Of a stretch of 64,000 nucleotides of DNA, positions 18,340 through 27,600 are shown piece after piece. The stretch's first letter is position 1, and every line of letters starts with the position of its first letter. Source of the DNA: an uncultured Actinomycetes bacterium (GTDB lineage: Bacteria; Actinomycetota; Actinomycetes; Streptosporangiales; Streptosporangiaceae); contig CAVPMG010000023.1 in assembly GCA_963706115.1 (NCBI GenBank), positions 37,613-101,612 of the forward strand. Reading direction: 5' to 3'. The position numbers and the translations under genes are program-made. The notes below the pieces were generated by a model, which was not told the origin of the DNA, did no database searches, and was given only the letters and a program-made list of their open reading frames with translations.

Positions 18340-18548
18340 AGAGGCTCAGCCCAGCCATCACGTTCCGTAGCGAACGATTGCGCGCCGGGGGATGGACCTG
18401 ACGTGCGGCGATCTGCGACGCTGAACCGAAGGCGGTTGGCGACCGTGAAAGGGGAGTCTCGCCGGTTCGGCAGATCGTCGGCCGTGTGGGGATTCCGAAG
18501 GGGGACCACGGGCCGTTGGGTCTGCGGCCGAAGCGAAGATGAGAGGCC

Positions 18549-19046
18549 ATGCGCTTCGTTGCGTTGATTGTCTGGTTCGTCACTGCCCTGTGGGGGCTCT
18601 ACATGCTCGCGGTGTGGCTGATCGAGAACGACGCCACCCGGAAGGGCAGCGCCGCCAGCCGGCTGCCGTTGCCGGTGATCTTGGCTCATGTCACGTTCGC
18701 GGTGACCGGCCTGGTCGTCTGGGTGGCGTACCTGCTGCTCGACCGGCCGGCGCTTGCCTGGACCGCCGTGGGCATCCTGGTGGCCATCGCAGTGCTCGGG
18801 CTGTCCATGTTCGCCCGGTGGATCCCGGTCTACCGGATGGCAGATGAAGAGGTCAGTGTGCCGGTGGGGGCGATGGCGGGCGGCGCGCCGGGCGCCACGC
18901 CCGGGGCTGTGCCCGGGATCGGCTCGCTGCGGGAACTGCCCGCGGAGGGCAGTTTCCCGTTGCTCATCGTCCTGGCACACGGTGTTTTCGCCGTTTCCAC
19001 GGTGGTCCTGGTCGTGCTCACCGCACTTGGCGTTGGCGGCAGCTGA
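18549..19046 (+). CDS. Small integral membrane protein, unknown function
   Basis: 165 aa with four hydrophobic helices (FVALIVWFVTALWGLYMLAVWLI, LPVILAHVTFAVTGLVVWVAYLLL, TAVGILVAIAVLGLSMFA, FPLLIVLAHGVFAVSTVVLVVLTAL). The two halves look internally duplicated. Confidence 0.6.
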   Translation: MRFVALIVWFVTALWGLYMLAVWLIENDATRKGSAASRLPLPVILAHVTFAVTGLVVWVAYLLLDRPALAWTAVGILVAIAVLGLSMFARWIPVYRMADEEVSVPVGAMAGGAPGATPGAVPGIGSLRELPAEGSFPLLIVLAHGVFAVSTVVLVVLTALGVGGS

Positions 19047-19332
19047 CCGGACCGGGCCGGGCGGGACTTCCAGCGTGGTGCGGGGGCACTGCCCCTGGGT
19101 GACTCTACTCACATAGTGTGACACTCAGAATACATAATGCCGTCGCCGCGTAGCCCGCGCACCGGGCCGCCAGGCCGGGGCTTGCGGCGGCAGAGCGTGC
19201 CGGCGTGAGTGAGGGCACGTCCAGATACGGTGACCGGGACGGGAGAACACGCGCCCAGCAGGCGCGCGGGGGGCAATCACGGCTAGCCTCGACTGCAGAG
19301 CCCCGCGGCACGGCGCGACAAGGGAGTTGCCC

Positions 19333-19794
19333 ATGGAATCCGAGACGCCTGCCGAGGTGGACCAGGCGATGATGGACGTGGCCTTGGCCGAGGCCCGGGC
19401 CGGCCTGGCCGTCGGCGGGGTTCCTGTGGGTGCCGCGCTCGCCGCGGGCGGCCGCCTGGTCGCTTCCGGGCACAACGAGCGTGTCCAGTCGGGCGACCCG
19501 ATCGCCCACGGTGAGATGTCCTGCCTGCGCAATGCCGGAAGGCAGGCCTCCTACCGGGAGATGACCCTCTACACCACGCTCTCCCCGTGCCAGATGTGCA
19601 CCGGCGCGATCCTGCTCTTCCAGATCCCCAGGGTGGTTGTGGGCGAGGCCACCACCTTTGCCGGGGACCTCGACTTCCTCCGCAGCCGGGGTGTCACCGT
19701 GGTGCTGGCCGACGACGAGCGATGCATCGCGGTGATGCACGAGTTCCAGGAACGCTTCCCCGAGGTATGGAGTGAGGACATCGGCGGGCGCTAG
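19333..19794 (+). CDS. Cytidine/deoxycytidylate-type zinc deaminase (cytosine or nucleoside deaminase)
   Basis: ATG 19333 follows AGGGAG. Zinc motifs HGEMSCL and PCQMCTGAI. Confidence 0.85.
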   Translation: MESETPAEVDQAMMDVALAEARAGLAVGGVPVGAALAAGGRLVASGHNERVQSGDPIAHGEMSCLRNAGRQASYREMTLYTTLSPCQMCTGAILLFQIPRVVVGEATTFAGDLDFLRSRGVTVVLADDERCIAVMHEFQERFPEVWSEDIGGR

Positions 19795-19807
19795 GACAGC
19801 GAGCACT

Positions 19808-20362
19808 GTGATTGGTGAGGAGTTCGCGGACCTGCTCGCTGCGGCCCAGGGTGGCGGCGAAGCCGCCTTTTCCCGGCTGTGGCGGAACGCCAACCCGGCC
19901 CTGCTGCGTTATCTGCGGGTGATCGCGCCGGGTGCCGAGGAGGACATCGCGGCGGAGACCTGGGTGCACGTGGTCCGCGGGCTGGCGTCGTTCCGTGGCG
20001 ACGAGCAGGCCTGGCGGGCATGGCTGTTCACCACGGCCAGGCGCCGCGCGATCGACCTGGCCAGGCATCGCTCGCGGCGCCCCGAGACGGCGCTGGACGA
20101 CGTCACGGCCGGGCAGTTGCCCAGCGGGGCGGATTCCGCCGAGGCGGCCATGGAGAACCTCGGCACGGCGGCGGCGATTGCCTTGCTGGCCAGGCTGCCG
20201 CGGCTGCAGGCGGAGGTGATCCTGCTGCGGGTGGTCGCCGGCCTTGACACCGAGTCGGTGGCGCGGATGCTGCGCAGGAGTCCCGGCGCCATCCGGGTGG
20301 CCGCGCACCGTGGCCTGCGCAGGCTGGCCCAGATCACCGCGGACGCAGGTGTAACGCTGTGA
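19808..20362 (+). CDS. ECF RNA polymerase sigma factor
   Basis: GTG 19808. Region 2 (ETWVHVVRGLASFRGDEQAWRAWLFTTARRRAIDLARH) and region 4 (LPRLQAEVILLRVVAGLDTESVARMLRRSPGAIRVAAHRGLRRL). The stop overlaps the next start (GTGA). Confidence 0.88.
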   Translation: MIGEEFADLLAAAQGGGEAAFSRLWRNANPALLRYLRVIAPGAEEDIAAETWVHVVRGLASFRGDEQAWRAWLFTTARRRAIDLARHRSRRPETALDDVTAGQLPSGADSAEAAMENLGTAAAIALLARLPRLQAEVILLRVVAGLDTESVARMLRRSPGAIRVAAHRGLRRLAQITADAGVTL

Positions 20363-21219
20363 CCGGTGACGACGTTCCGGATGTTGACATGCCGAACATC
20401 CCGCAGCCGCAGCGCCAGGACGAGCCCGTCGTGACCGACGCCGATCTGGCGGCGCTGCTTGCCGGGACAACGGACCCGGCTCCCGGGCTGCGGCCCGTGG
20501 CCGACGTCCTGGCCGCGCTGACCGCCGAGCCCACCGGTATGGAACTGGCCGGTGAGGCGAGCGCTCTCGCCGAGTTCCGGCGCCAGGCTGGCGCGCCGGT
20601 GCCGGCCCGGCGCGCCCGCCGCGGCACCGCCGGGCACAGCTCCCGGTTCGGGGTCAAGGTCGGCGCGTCGGTCACCGCCGTCGCCGTCGTGCTCGGCGGT
20701 GGCGCGGCCGCCGCCTTCGCCGATGTGCTCCCCGCGCCGATCCAGCGCCTCGCCCATGAGGCCATCGGCGCTCCCGTCCCAGCGCCACGGCATGACCTGC
20801 CATCCCGCAGCAGGCCCGCCGCCCCCGGCCGGTCCGTGGTACACGGCAAGCCCGCTGCGCGCGGAGGTCCCGGTGCCAGCCGGCAGGTCCGCCCGCACGC
20901 CACGCCGACCCCCACGGCCCATGGCAACGCGAAAGGCCAGGGAAAGCACGGGAACGGCAAGGGCAACGGCCAGGGAAACAAAGGCAATGGCCAAGGGCAT
21001 GGCAACGGCCAGGGGAACCAAGGCAATGGCCAAGGGAACCAAGGCAATGGCCAGGGGCAAGGTAACGGCCAAGGTAAGGGCAACGGCCAAAGCAAGCAGG
21101 GCAAGGCCCAGCAAGGGAACGCTCATAACAAGGCATCGCACGGCAGCCAGCAACCGAACCGGAGGCCGGCGGGGCACCCGCGCCGGTCCGTCCGTACCAA
21201 GCCAGTCATGGATACCTGA
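20359..21219 (+). CDS. Putative anti-sigma membrane protein with a C-terminal GNGQG low-complexity repeat
   Basis: Translationally coupled to the sigma gene. Single TM helix (VGASVTAVAVVLGGGAAAAFA). The extracytoplasmic tail is dominated by (G-N-G-Q-G-N/K/Q) repeats. Confidence 0.65.
   Translation: MTGDDVPDVDMPNIPQPQRQDEPVVTDADLAALLAGTTDPAPGLRPVADVLAALTAEPTGMELAGEASALAEFRRQAGAPVPARRARRGTAGHSSRFGVKVGASVTAVAVVLGGGAAAAFADVLPAPIQRLAHEAIGAPVPAPRHDLPSRSRPAAPGRSVVHGKPAARGGPGASRQVRPHATPTPTAHGNAKGQGKHGNGKGNGQGNKGNGQGHGNGQGNQGNGQGNQGNGQGQGNGQGKGNGQSKQGKAQQGNAHNKASHGSQQPNRRPAGHPRRSVRTKPVMDT
20920..21120. repeat. In-frame coding micro/minisatellite encoding GNGQG(N/K/Q) units
   Basis: aa 188-254 of the anti-sigma ORF: HGNAKGQGKHGNGKGNGQGNKGNGQGHGNGQGNQGNGQGNQGNGQGQGNGQGKGNGQSKQGKAQQGN. 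The DNA period is 15-21 bp (ggcaa(c/t)ggccaaggg...). Confidence 0.8.
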
Positions 21220-21319
21220 GACCTCAAGACCCGTCCCACGCCCAGGGTGCGGTGTGGCGGCGGCGCGGTGGGCCGGGTGGCCGGCCTAGCTATTCCCGGC
21301 CCACCGCTTAATCACCAGA

Positions 21320-21352
21320 CCGGGCGGGGTGTCAGAACGACGCCCCGCCCGG
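21320..21352. terminator. Hairpin in a convergent gap
   Basis: 12-bp stem CCGGGCGGGGTG / CGCCCCGCCCGG (one G-U pair), 9-nt loop, followed by ..GTGCTTGTT. It lies between the stops at 21219 (+) and 21386 (-). Confidence 0.5.
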
Positions 21353-21385
21353 CCGTGCTTGTTCGGGGAGCGCCCCGGCGGCCGG

Positions 21386-22405
21386 CTAGCCCGAGGTGGC
21401 CACCCGGCCGAAGTCGACCGCGGTCGTGTTCGCACCGCTGATCACCACGGCCACGGTCTCGCCCGGCGCGGGCTCGCAGCGCCCGGACACCAGGGCGGCC
21501 AGGGCCGCGCACCCGCCCGGCTCGGCCACCACCCGCAGCGTCTCCCAGAGCAGTTGCTGGGTCGCGACAATCGCCGCATCGTCCACGAGCAGCACCTTGG
21601 CCGCGTTCTGCCGGATGATCGCGAACGTCAGTTCGCCGACCCGGCGCGGCGCCAGGGAGTCCACCGCCACGCTGCCGGCCTCGGCGTCCACCGGGCGGCC
21701 CGCCCGCATCGCCGCGGTAAGGGTCGGCGCGCCCTCGGGTTCGACGCCCACCACCTGGGTCCCGCCGGCGTACCATGCGGCCACACCGGCGAGCAGCCCG
21801 CCGCCACCCACGCTGGCCAGCACCTGCGTGGCATCCGGGGCCTGGCCGGCGAGTTCCATGCCCAGAGTGCCCGCGCCGAGCATCGTTTCCACCTGGTCGT
21901 AGGCGTGGATCGGCAGGGCACCCGAGCCGGCCGTCCACTCCTGGCTCGCCGCCAGGGCATCGGAGTAGGTGTCGCCCGCCACGACCAGGTCCGCGCCATA
22001 GCCCCGGATCCGGGCGATCTTAGCTGGTGAGGACACGTGCGGCACGTAGATGCGCGCCGGGACACCCAGGGCACGGGCGGCGAACGCGACGGCCGCGCCG
22101 TGGTTGCCGCCGGACGCGGCCACGACACCGGCCGCCGGCATGTCGCGGAGCAGCAGATTGGCGAACGCGCCGCGGGCCTTGAAGGATCCGCCGTGCTGGA
22201 GTTGCTCGAGCTTGAGCACCAGCGGCCCCGGCGGCAGCCCGAAGTCCGCCCGGTCCACCGTGATCGCCGGGGTGTGGCGCAGGTAAGGCCGGATGAGCGG
22301 CTCCACCGTCTGGATTCCGTGACGCGTGACAACGGTCCCGACATCGGTGGGGGTGGCATGGCGCTGCGCCGATGGCGCCGGGCCGGTGGTGTGCGGCGTG
22401 GTCAT
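21386..22405 (-). CDS. PLP-dependent threonine/serine dehydratase family protein (no ACT regulatory domain)
   Basis: ATG 22405 (MTTPHTTG). PLP lysine motif GGSFKARGA and ASGGNHGAAVAFAA. Confidence 0.82.
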   Translation of the reverse strand: MTTPHTTGPAPSAQRHATPTDVGTVVTRHGIQTVEPLIRPYLRHTPAITVDRADFGLPPGPLVLKLEQLQHGGSFKARGAFANLLLRDMPAAGVVAASGGNHGAAVAFAARALGVPARIYVPHVSSPAKIARIRGYGADLVVAGDTYSDALAASQEWTAGSGALPIHAYDQVETMLGAGTLGMELAGQAPDATQVLASVGGGGLLAGVAAWYAGGTQVVGVEPEGAPTLTAAMRAGRPVDAEAGSVAVDSLAPRRVGELTFAIIRQNAAKVLLVDDAAIVATQQLLWETLRVVAEPGGCAALAALVSGRCEPAPGETVAVVISGANTTAVDFGRVATSG

Positions 22406-22474
22406 GCGTTCAGCCAAGCAGCCGCCAGCCGGCGGCGGCAACTTGGGTGCCCGGGCACCAGGTAGCGTGAGGCC

Positions 22475-22954
22475 ATGCCCGGTTTGCCAGAACAGGGGGT
22501 GATGTCCCCCTCGCCCCGCCTGTGGCGGATGCGCCAGGCCGAAGTGGCCGCCGCGGGCGGCGTGGGCGCGGTGGTGGCGGGCACGGCGGCCGGATTAACG
22601 CTTGGCCCGGCGGCGGCCGCGATCGCCGTGGTCGTGGTCATCGCCGCCGCGCTCGCGGCCCTGTGGTTCGTCCGCAACAGGTTCCGGTCCTGGGTGTACC
22701 AGGAACGCGACGAGGATCTCATCGTCGAGCGCGGGGTGCTGATCCACCGCCTGTCCGTGGTGCCCTATGGCCGGATGCAGTTCGTCGACGTCAGCGCCGG
22801 GCCCATCGACCGCATCTTCCGGCTTGCCACGGTGAAGCTGCACACCGCGGCCGCGGCCAGCGATGCCCGGATTCCCGGCCTGGAGCGCGACGAGGCGGCC
22901 CGGCTGCGCGACCGCCTGGCCGCGCTCGGCGAAGCCAAGGCCGCGGGCCTGTGA
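22475..22954 (+). CDS. PH-domain (bPH_2, YdbS-like) membrane protein
   Basis: Two TM helices, then WVYQERDEDLIVERGVLIHRLSVVPYGRMQFVDVSAGPIDRIFRLATVKLHTAAA. The stop overlaps the next start (GTGA at 22951-22954). Confidence 0.8.
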   Translation: MPGLPEQGVMSPSPRLWRMRQAEVAAAGGVGAVVAGTAAGLTLGPAAAAIAVVVVIAAALAALWFVRNRFRSWVYQERDEDLIVERGVLIHRLSVVPYGRMQFVDVSAGPIDRIFRLATVKLHTAAAASDARIPGLERDEAARLRDRLAALGEAKAAGL

Positions 22955-24438
22955 CGGATCCGGGGCCCGGCGGCGCGCCACCGGAAGAGAGCGGCGCGCC
23001 CGCGGCAGCAGGCCGCCAGGACCAGGGCCCGGCGTCCCCGAGGCAGACAATGCTGGACCTGGGCTGGCGCCGGCTGCATCCGCTGTCGCCGCTGGTGCGT
23101 TCCGGCCGCGGCCTGCTCGCCGTGCTGGCCCTGGCCGGGCTCTCCACCTCCGGGGTGATCGGCGGCGGCACCGGCACCCGCTGGTATGACCTGGCGCTGC
23201 CGGTCCTCGTCGCCGTGGCCGCGCTCGTCAACTGGTTCGTCACCCGGTGGAAGGTGGACGGGGCCACCCTGCGCATCGAGACCGGCCTGCTGCGCCGGGA
23301 CTCGCGGCAACTGCCCATCGCAAGGATCCAGGCGGTGGACCTGGTGCGCCCGTTCTTCGCCCGGATGCTCGGCCTCGCCGAGATCAGGATCCGGCTGGCC
23401 GGGTCCAGCGATGCCGACGGGCGGCTCGCCTACCTGACCGAAGCGGCGGCGTTCGCGCTCCGGGCGCGGCTGCTGGCCGCCCACCACGGCCTGGACCCCG
23501 CGACTCCGGAGCCCGCGGAGAGCGTGGTCACCTCGGTCGGCACCGGCCGGCTCGCCGGCTCGGCGCTGATCTCCGCCATCCCGCTCGCCGTAGTGGCCGT
23601 CGCGGTGGGCGCGGCGATCGTGGCGGTCACCCCCGGCGGCCTGCTCGCCGTCGGGGCCCCGCTGGCCTGGTGGCTGATCATCTGCGGCGGAATCGTCTGG
23701 CGGCGGATCTCTACCCAGTACGCCTTCACCGTGGCCGTCTCGCCGGACGGCGTCCGGATCCGGCGCGGGCTGCTCGGCACGGTGGCCGAGACCATTCCGG
23801 TGCCGCGGATCCAGGCGATTCGGATGGTCGAGCCGCTGCTCTGGCGGCCGCTGCACTGGTGCCGGCTGGAGGTCGACGTGGCCGGTCGCCTGGGCCACGA
23901 CCGCCCGGAGGGCACCGGGGAGGTCCGCAAGGCGCTGCTGCCGGTGGGCACACACGACGAGGCCAGGCGGCTGCTGAGGGTCGCCCTGCCGGCCGCTGGG
24001 GGCTGGCCCGCGCTGCGCCCGCCGCCGCGCCGGGCCCGGTGGAAGGCGCCGCTGAGCTACCACTTCCTGGCGGCCGGGCACGACGGCATGCTGGCCGTCG
24101 CGGTCACCGGGCGGCTCCGCCGGGAGACCACCCTGGTGCCGCTGGCCAAGACACAGAGCGTGCGGCTCGTCCAGGGCCCGCTGCAGCGCCGGCTCGGGCT
24201 GGCCACCGTGCACCTCGACGCCGCGGGCAAGAGGGTCAGGGCCGAATTCAGGGAGCGGGAGCAGGAGCAGGCCAGGTCCCTGGTCGGCGAACTGGCCACG
24301 CTCAGCCGCACCGCCCGCAAGCACGCATCGCTGGCGGCAGCGGACCGGCCCGCGCCCCCGCTGGGCGCCGCGCCGCCGCCCGGCAGCGGGCCAGGCCCCA
24401 CCGCCCGGGCGGCCACGGCCCGGCCGTCGGCCGGGTGA
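22951..24438 (+). CDS. Membrane protein with three bPH_2 PH domains (YdbT-like)
   Basis: Three copies of the bPH_2 C-terminal motif: RIQAVDLVRPFFARMLGLAEIRI, RIQAIRMVEPLLWRPLHWCRLEVDV and KTQSVRLVQGPLQRRLGLATVHLD. The start could instead be ATG near 23050. Confidence 0.8.
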   Translation: MTDPGPGGAPPEESGAPAAAGRQDQGPASPRQTMLDLGWRRLHPLSPLVRSGRGLLAVLALAGLSTSGVIGGGTGTRWYDLALPVLVAVAALVNWFVTRWKVDGATLRIETGLLRRDSRQLPIARIQAVDLVRPFFARMLGLAEIRIRLAGSSDADGRLAYLTEAAAFALRARLLAAHHGLDPATPEPAESVVTSVGTGRLAGSALISAIPLAVVAVAVGAAIVAVTPGGLLAVGAPLAWWLIICGGIVWRRISTQYAFTVAVSPDGVRIRRGLLGTVAETIPVPRIQAIRMVEPLLWRPLHWCRLEVDVAGRLGHDRPEGTGEVRKALLPVGTHDEARRLLRVALPAAGGWPALRPPPRRARWKAPLSYHFLAAGHDGMLAVAVTGRLRRETTLVPLAKTQSVRLVQGPLQRRLGLATVHLDAAGKRVRAEFREREQEQARSLVGELATLSRTARKHASLAAADRPAPPLGAAPPPGSGPGPTARAATARPSAG

Positions 24439-24646
24439 CGGAGGAACCGGGCCGGCAGCCATCGGGGGGTTCCGGGGGTCGCTCCCCCGGGCCAGCACGC
24501 CGTCGGCCGGGTGACGGAGGAACCGGGCCGCAGCCATCGGGGGGTCCGGGGGGTCGCTGCCCGGGCCAGCACGCCACGGCCCCGTGACGAGGAACGGGGC
24601 CTCAGGCCATCGGGGGGTCCGGGGGGTCGCTCCCCCGGGCCAGCAC
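24423..24646. repeat. Tandem repeat of about 75 bp (3 copies, periods 76 and 74), each with GC hairpins
   Basis: Copies start at 24423, 24499 and 24573. Unit: GCCGTCGGCCGGGTGACGGAGGAACCGGGCC(G)GCAGCCATCGGGGGGTCCGGGGGGTCGCTCCCCCGGGCCAGCAC. It fills the gap between the stops at 24438 (+) and 24650 (-). Confidence 0.85.
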
Positions 24647-24649
24647 CGA

Positions 24650-27600
24650 TCAGGCGGCGAGCGTGGCGTCGCCGGTGAACGCGTCCCAGAGCGAGGCGTA
24701 GGTACCGCCCGCCGCGAGCAGGTCGTCGTGCGTGCCTACCTCGGCGATCCGGCCCTCGTCGATGACCACGATCCGGTCCGCGCGGGCGGCGGTGGTGAGC
24801 CGGTGCGCCACCACCAGCGTCGTCCGCGAGGCCAGCAGGCGCTCCGCGGCGCGCGCCACGGCCGCCTCGCTGACCAGGTCCAGCGCGGCGGTCGCCTCGT
24901 CGAGCAGCAGGATGTCCGGATCGACCAGGTAGGCACGGGCCAGCGCGATGAGCTGGCGCTGCCCGGCGGACAGGTTCCGCCCGCGCTCGGACACCTCATG
25001 GCCGAAGCCGCCGGGCAGGCGGCTGATCATGTCCACGGCACCCACGGCACGGGCCGCCGCCAGCACCTCGGCGTCACTGGCCTCCGGCCGGCCGTAGGCG
25101 ATGGCGTCGCGCACCGTGCCCGCGAACAGGAACGCTTCCTGGGGGACCACGCCCAGGCGCCGCCGGTAGGAGGCCAGGTCGAGGTCGCGGATGTCGGTGC
25201 CGTCCACCAGGACCCGGCCACCGGTCACGTCGTAGTACCGCGCCACCAGCTTGACCAGGGTGGACTTGCCGGCGCCGGTCTGCCCGACCAGGGCGACCGT
25301 CTCGCCGGGCGCCACGGTCAGGCTGACCCCGGCGAGTGCCTCCTGCCCGGTTCCCGCGTAGCTGAAGTGCACGTCCTGCAACTCGATGCGGGCCCGGCCG
25401 CGCGGCGAGGGCAGCGGATGGGCGGCCTGCGGGGTGGAGGTCGGGGTGTGCAGCAGTTCCCGGATCCGGCGCAGCCCCACCGCGGCCTGCTGGTAACCGT
25501 CGAACACCTGGGAGATCTGCTGGACCGGCGAGAACAGCATGTCGATGTAGAGCAGGTAGGCGATGAGCGCGCCCGCGGTCAGCGCGCCGCTGTGCATCTG
25601 GCCCGCCGCGACCAGCAGCACCAGGCCGCTGGCCAGGGTGGACAGGGACTGCACGAACGGGAAGTACAGCGCGATGTAGCGCTGGGCGCGCAGCCGGGAG
25701 CGGCGGTAGGCGTCGCTGCGCCCGGTGAACCGCTCCAGGTTGCGCTCCTCGCGCCGGTAGGCCTGGGAGACACGCAGCCCGGCCACGTTCTCCTGCAGGT
25801 CGGCGTTGACCGCGCTGACCTTGTCCCTGGCGTCCTGGTAGGCCACGGACGCCTTGGCGCGGAAGACCGCCGTGGCCACGGCGGCCACCGGCATGATCGC
25901 CAGGACCACCAGCCCAAGCTTGAGGTTGATGAGCAGCAGCACGGCCAGCACCCCGGCGACCAGCAGCACCGAGTTCACCATCGTGATGAGCCCGGTCTGC
26001 AGGAACGAGGACAGCGCCTCCACGTCCGTGGTCATCCGGGTCATGATGCGGCCGGACAGTTCGCGCTCGTAGAAGTCCAGGCCCAGCCGCTGCAGGTGTG
26101 CGAAGAGCTTCACCCGCAGGGTATAGAGCAGCCGCTCGCTGGTCCGGCCCACCACCGTGGTCTGCACCGCGTTGATCACCCAGTCGGCCAGGGTGATCAG
26201 CAGTGCCGCCACCGAGACGGCGAAGATCGCCGACTGCACGCCGGTCTCGATGCCGTGGTCGATGCCACCGCGGACCAGGGCCGGCATGGCCAGGTTGGCC
26301 AGCGCGTCGAGGCCGTCGAGCACCAGGCCCACGGCGAACGCCACGAGGAACGGCCGCAGCAGCCGGCGCAGCGTGAAGTGCGAGTCGGGGGCGCGGGCCG
26401 CGGCGGCGTCCACGCCGGGCGTCTCCGACGCGGGCGGCAACGCGTCCACCTGCGCCAGCAGTTCGGGGGAGGCAGGTACACCGCCGAGGAAACCCGAAGA
26501 AGCTGCGTTACGCAGCCGCCCCGACGCCGGCCTCGCCGGAACCGCCGTCCGTGCCGCGGCAAGGGCCACGGGCTGCGGGGCGCCCGCTTTCGTGGCGGTC
26601 ACCGCAGCCGGTGCCTGGCCTGCGGCACCGGGTTCCACCAGGTCCGTAGCGTCCTGATAAGCGTCAAGCTCGCCGGCGCCGATGCCTTCCGCGTCGTCAC
26701 CAGGCCCGGCCAGCAGCAGCCGGTAGAGCGGGCACGATGCCATGAGTTCCTCGTGGCTGCCCTCGGCGGCGAGCCGCCCCTCATCCAGCACCGCGATCCG
26801 GTCCGCCAGCCGCAGCGTCGACCGCCGGTGCGCGATCAGCAGCGTGGTCCGGCCCGCCATGACGTGCCGCAGCGTCTGGTGGATTTCCGCTTCGACGCGG
26901 GGGTCCACCGCCGAGGTGGCGTCGTCGAGCACCAGGATGCGCGGGTCGGTGAGCAGCGCTCGGGCCAGGGCGACCCGCTGCCGCTGGCCGCCGGACAGGG
27001 TCAGCCCCTGCTCGCCCACGACCGTGTCGTAGCCGTCAGGCAGCGCGGTGATGAACTGGTGCGCCTCGGCCGCGCGGGCCGCGGCGACGACCTGCTCCCT
27101 GGTCGCGTCCGGCCGGCCGAAGGCGATGTTGGCGGCGACGGTGTCGGAGAACAGGAAGCTCTCCTCGAGCACCAGCCCGATCGCCGCCCGCAGGGAGTCC
27201 TGGGTGAGGTCCCTGACATCGAAGCCGCCGACCCTGACCGCGCCGTCGCGCACGTCGTAGAAGCGGGGGAGCAGCAGCGAGATCGTGGACTTCCCGGAGC
27301 CCGCGGTGCCGACCAGCGCCAGCGTCTCGCCCGGCGCCACCCGCAGCGACAGGCCGCGCAGCACCGGCTGCGACGGCACGTAGCCGAACTGGACGTCGTC
27401 GAACTCCACGGCCGGGGTCTGCGGCGGTAGCGCCAGGGCGCCCGGCCGGTCGGTCACCACCGGGCGCGCGTCGATCACCTCGAACACCCGGATCACGCTG
27501 GCCCTGGCCTCCTGGCCGAGGGTGACCAGCGCGGCCAGGGACCGGACCGGCCCGACCAGGGCCAGCAGATAGGAAGAGAAGGCCAGGAACGTGCCGAGCG

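Noticed and set aside
18340-18548. Possible riboswitch or structured leader before the small membrane protein gene (nested stems CCGAA..GGCGA..TCGCC..TTCGG around a GAAAGGGGAG loop)
   Set aside because: By eye it matches none of the riboswitch consensus sequences I compared it with (fluoride, guanidine). Short GC stems arise easily by chance at this GC content.
19100-19140. AT-rich island (..GTGACTCTACTCACATAGTGTGACACTCAGAATACATAATG..) with a CATAAT -10-like hexamer 195 nt upstream of the deaminase / ECF sigma / anti-sigma unit
   Set aside because: It is promoter-like and striking in this GC-rich context, but no acceptable -35 lies at 16-18 nt spacing, and the short TCACA-tag-TGTGA inverted repeat is weak. 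The evidence is insufficient to call a promoter or operator without TSS data.
24584-27430. 948-aa plus-strand ORF
   Set aside because: It is antisense shadow of the fused ABC exporter, whose Walker and signature motifs on the minus strand are unambiguous.
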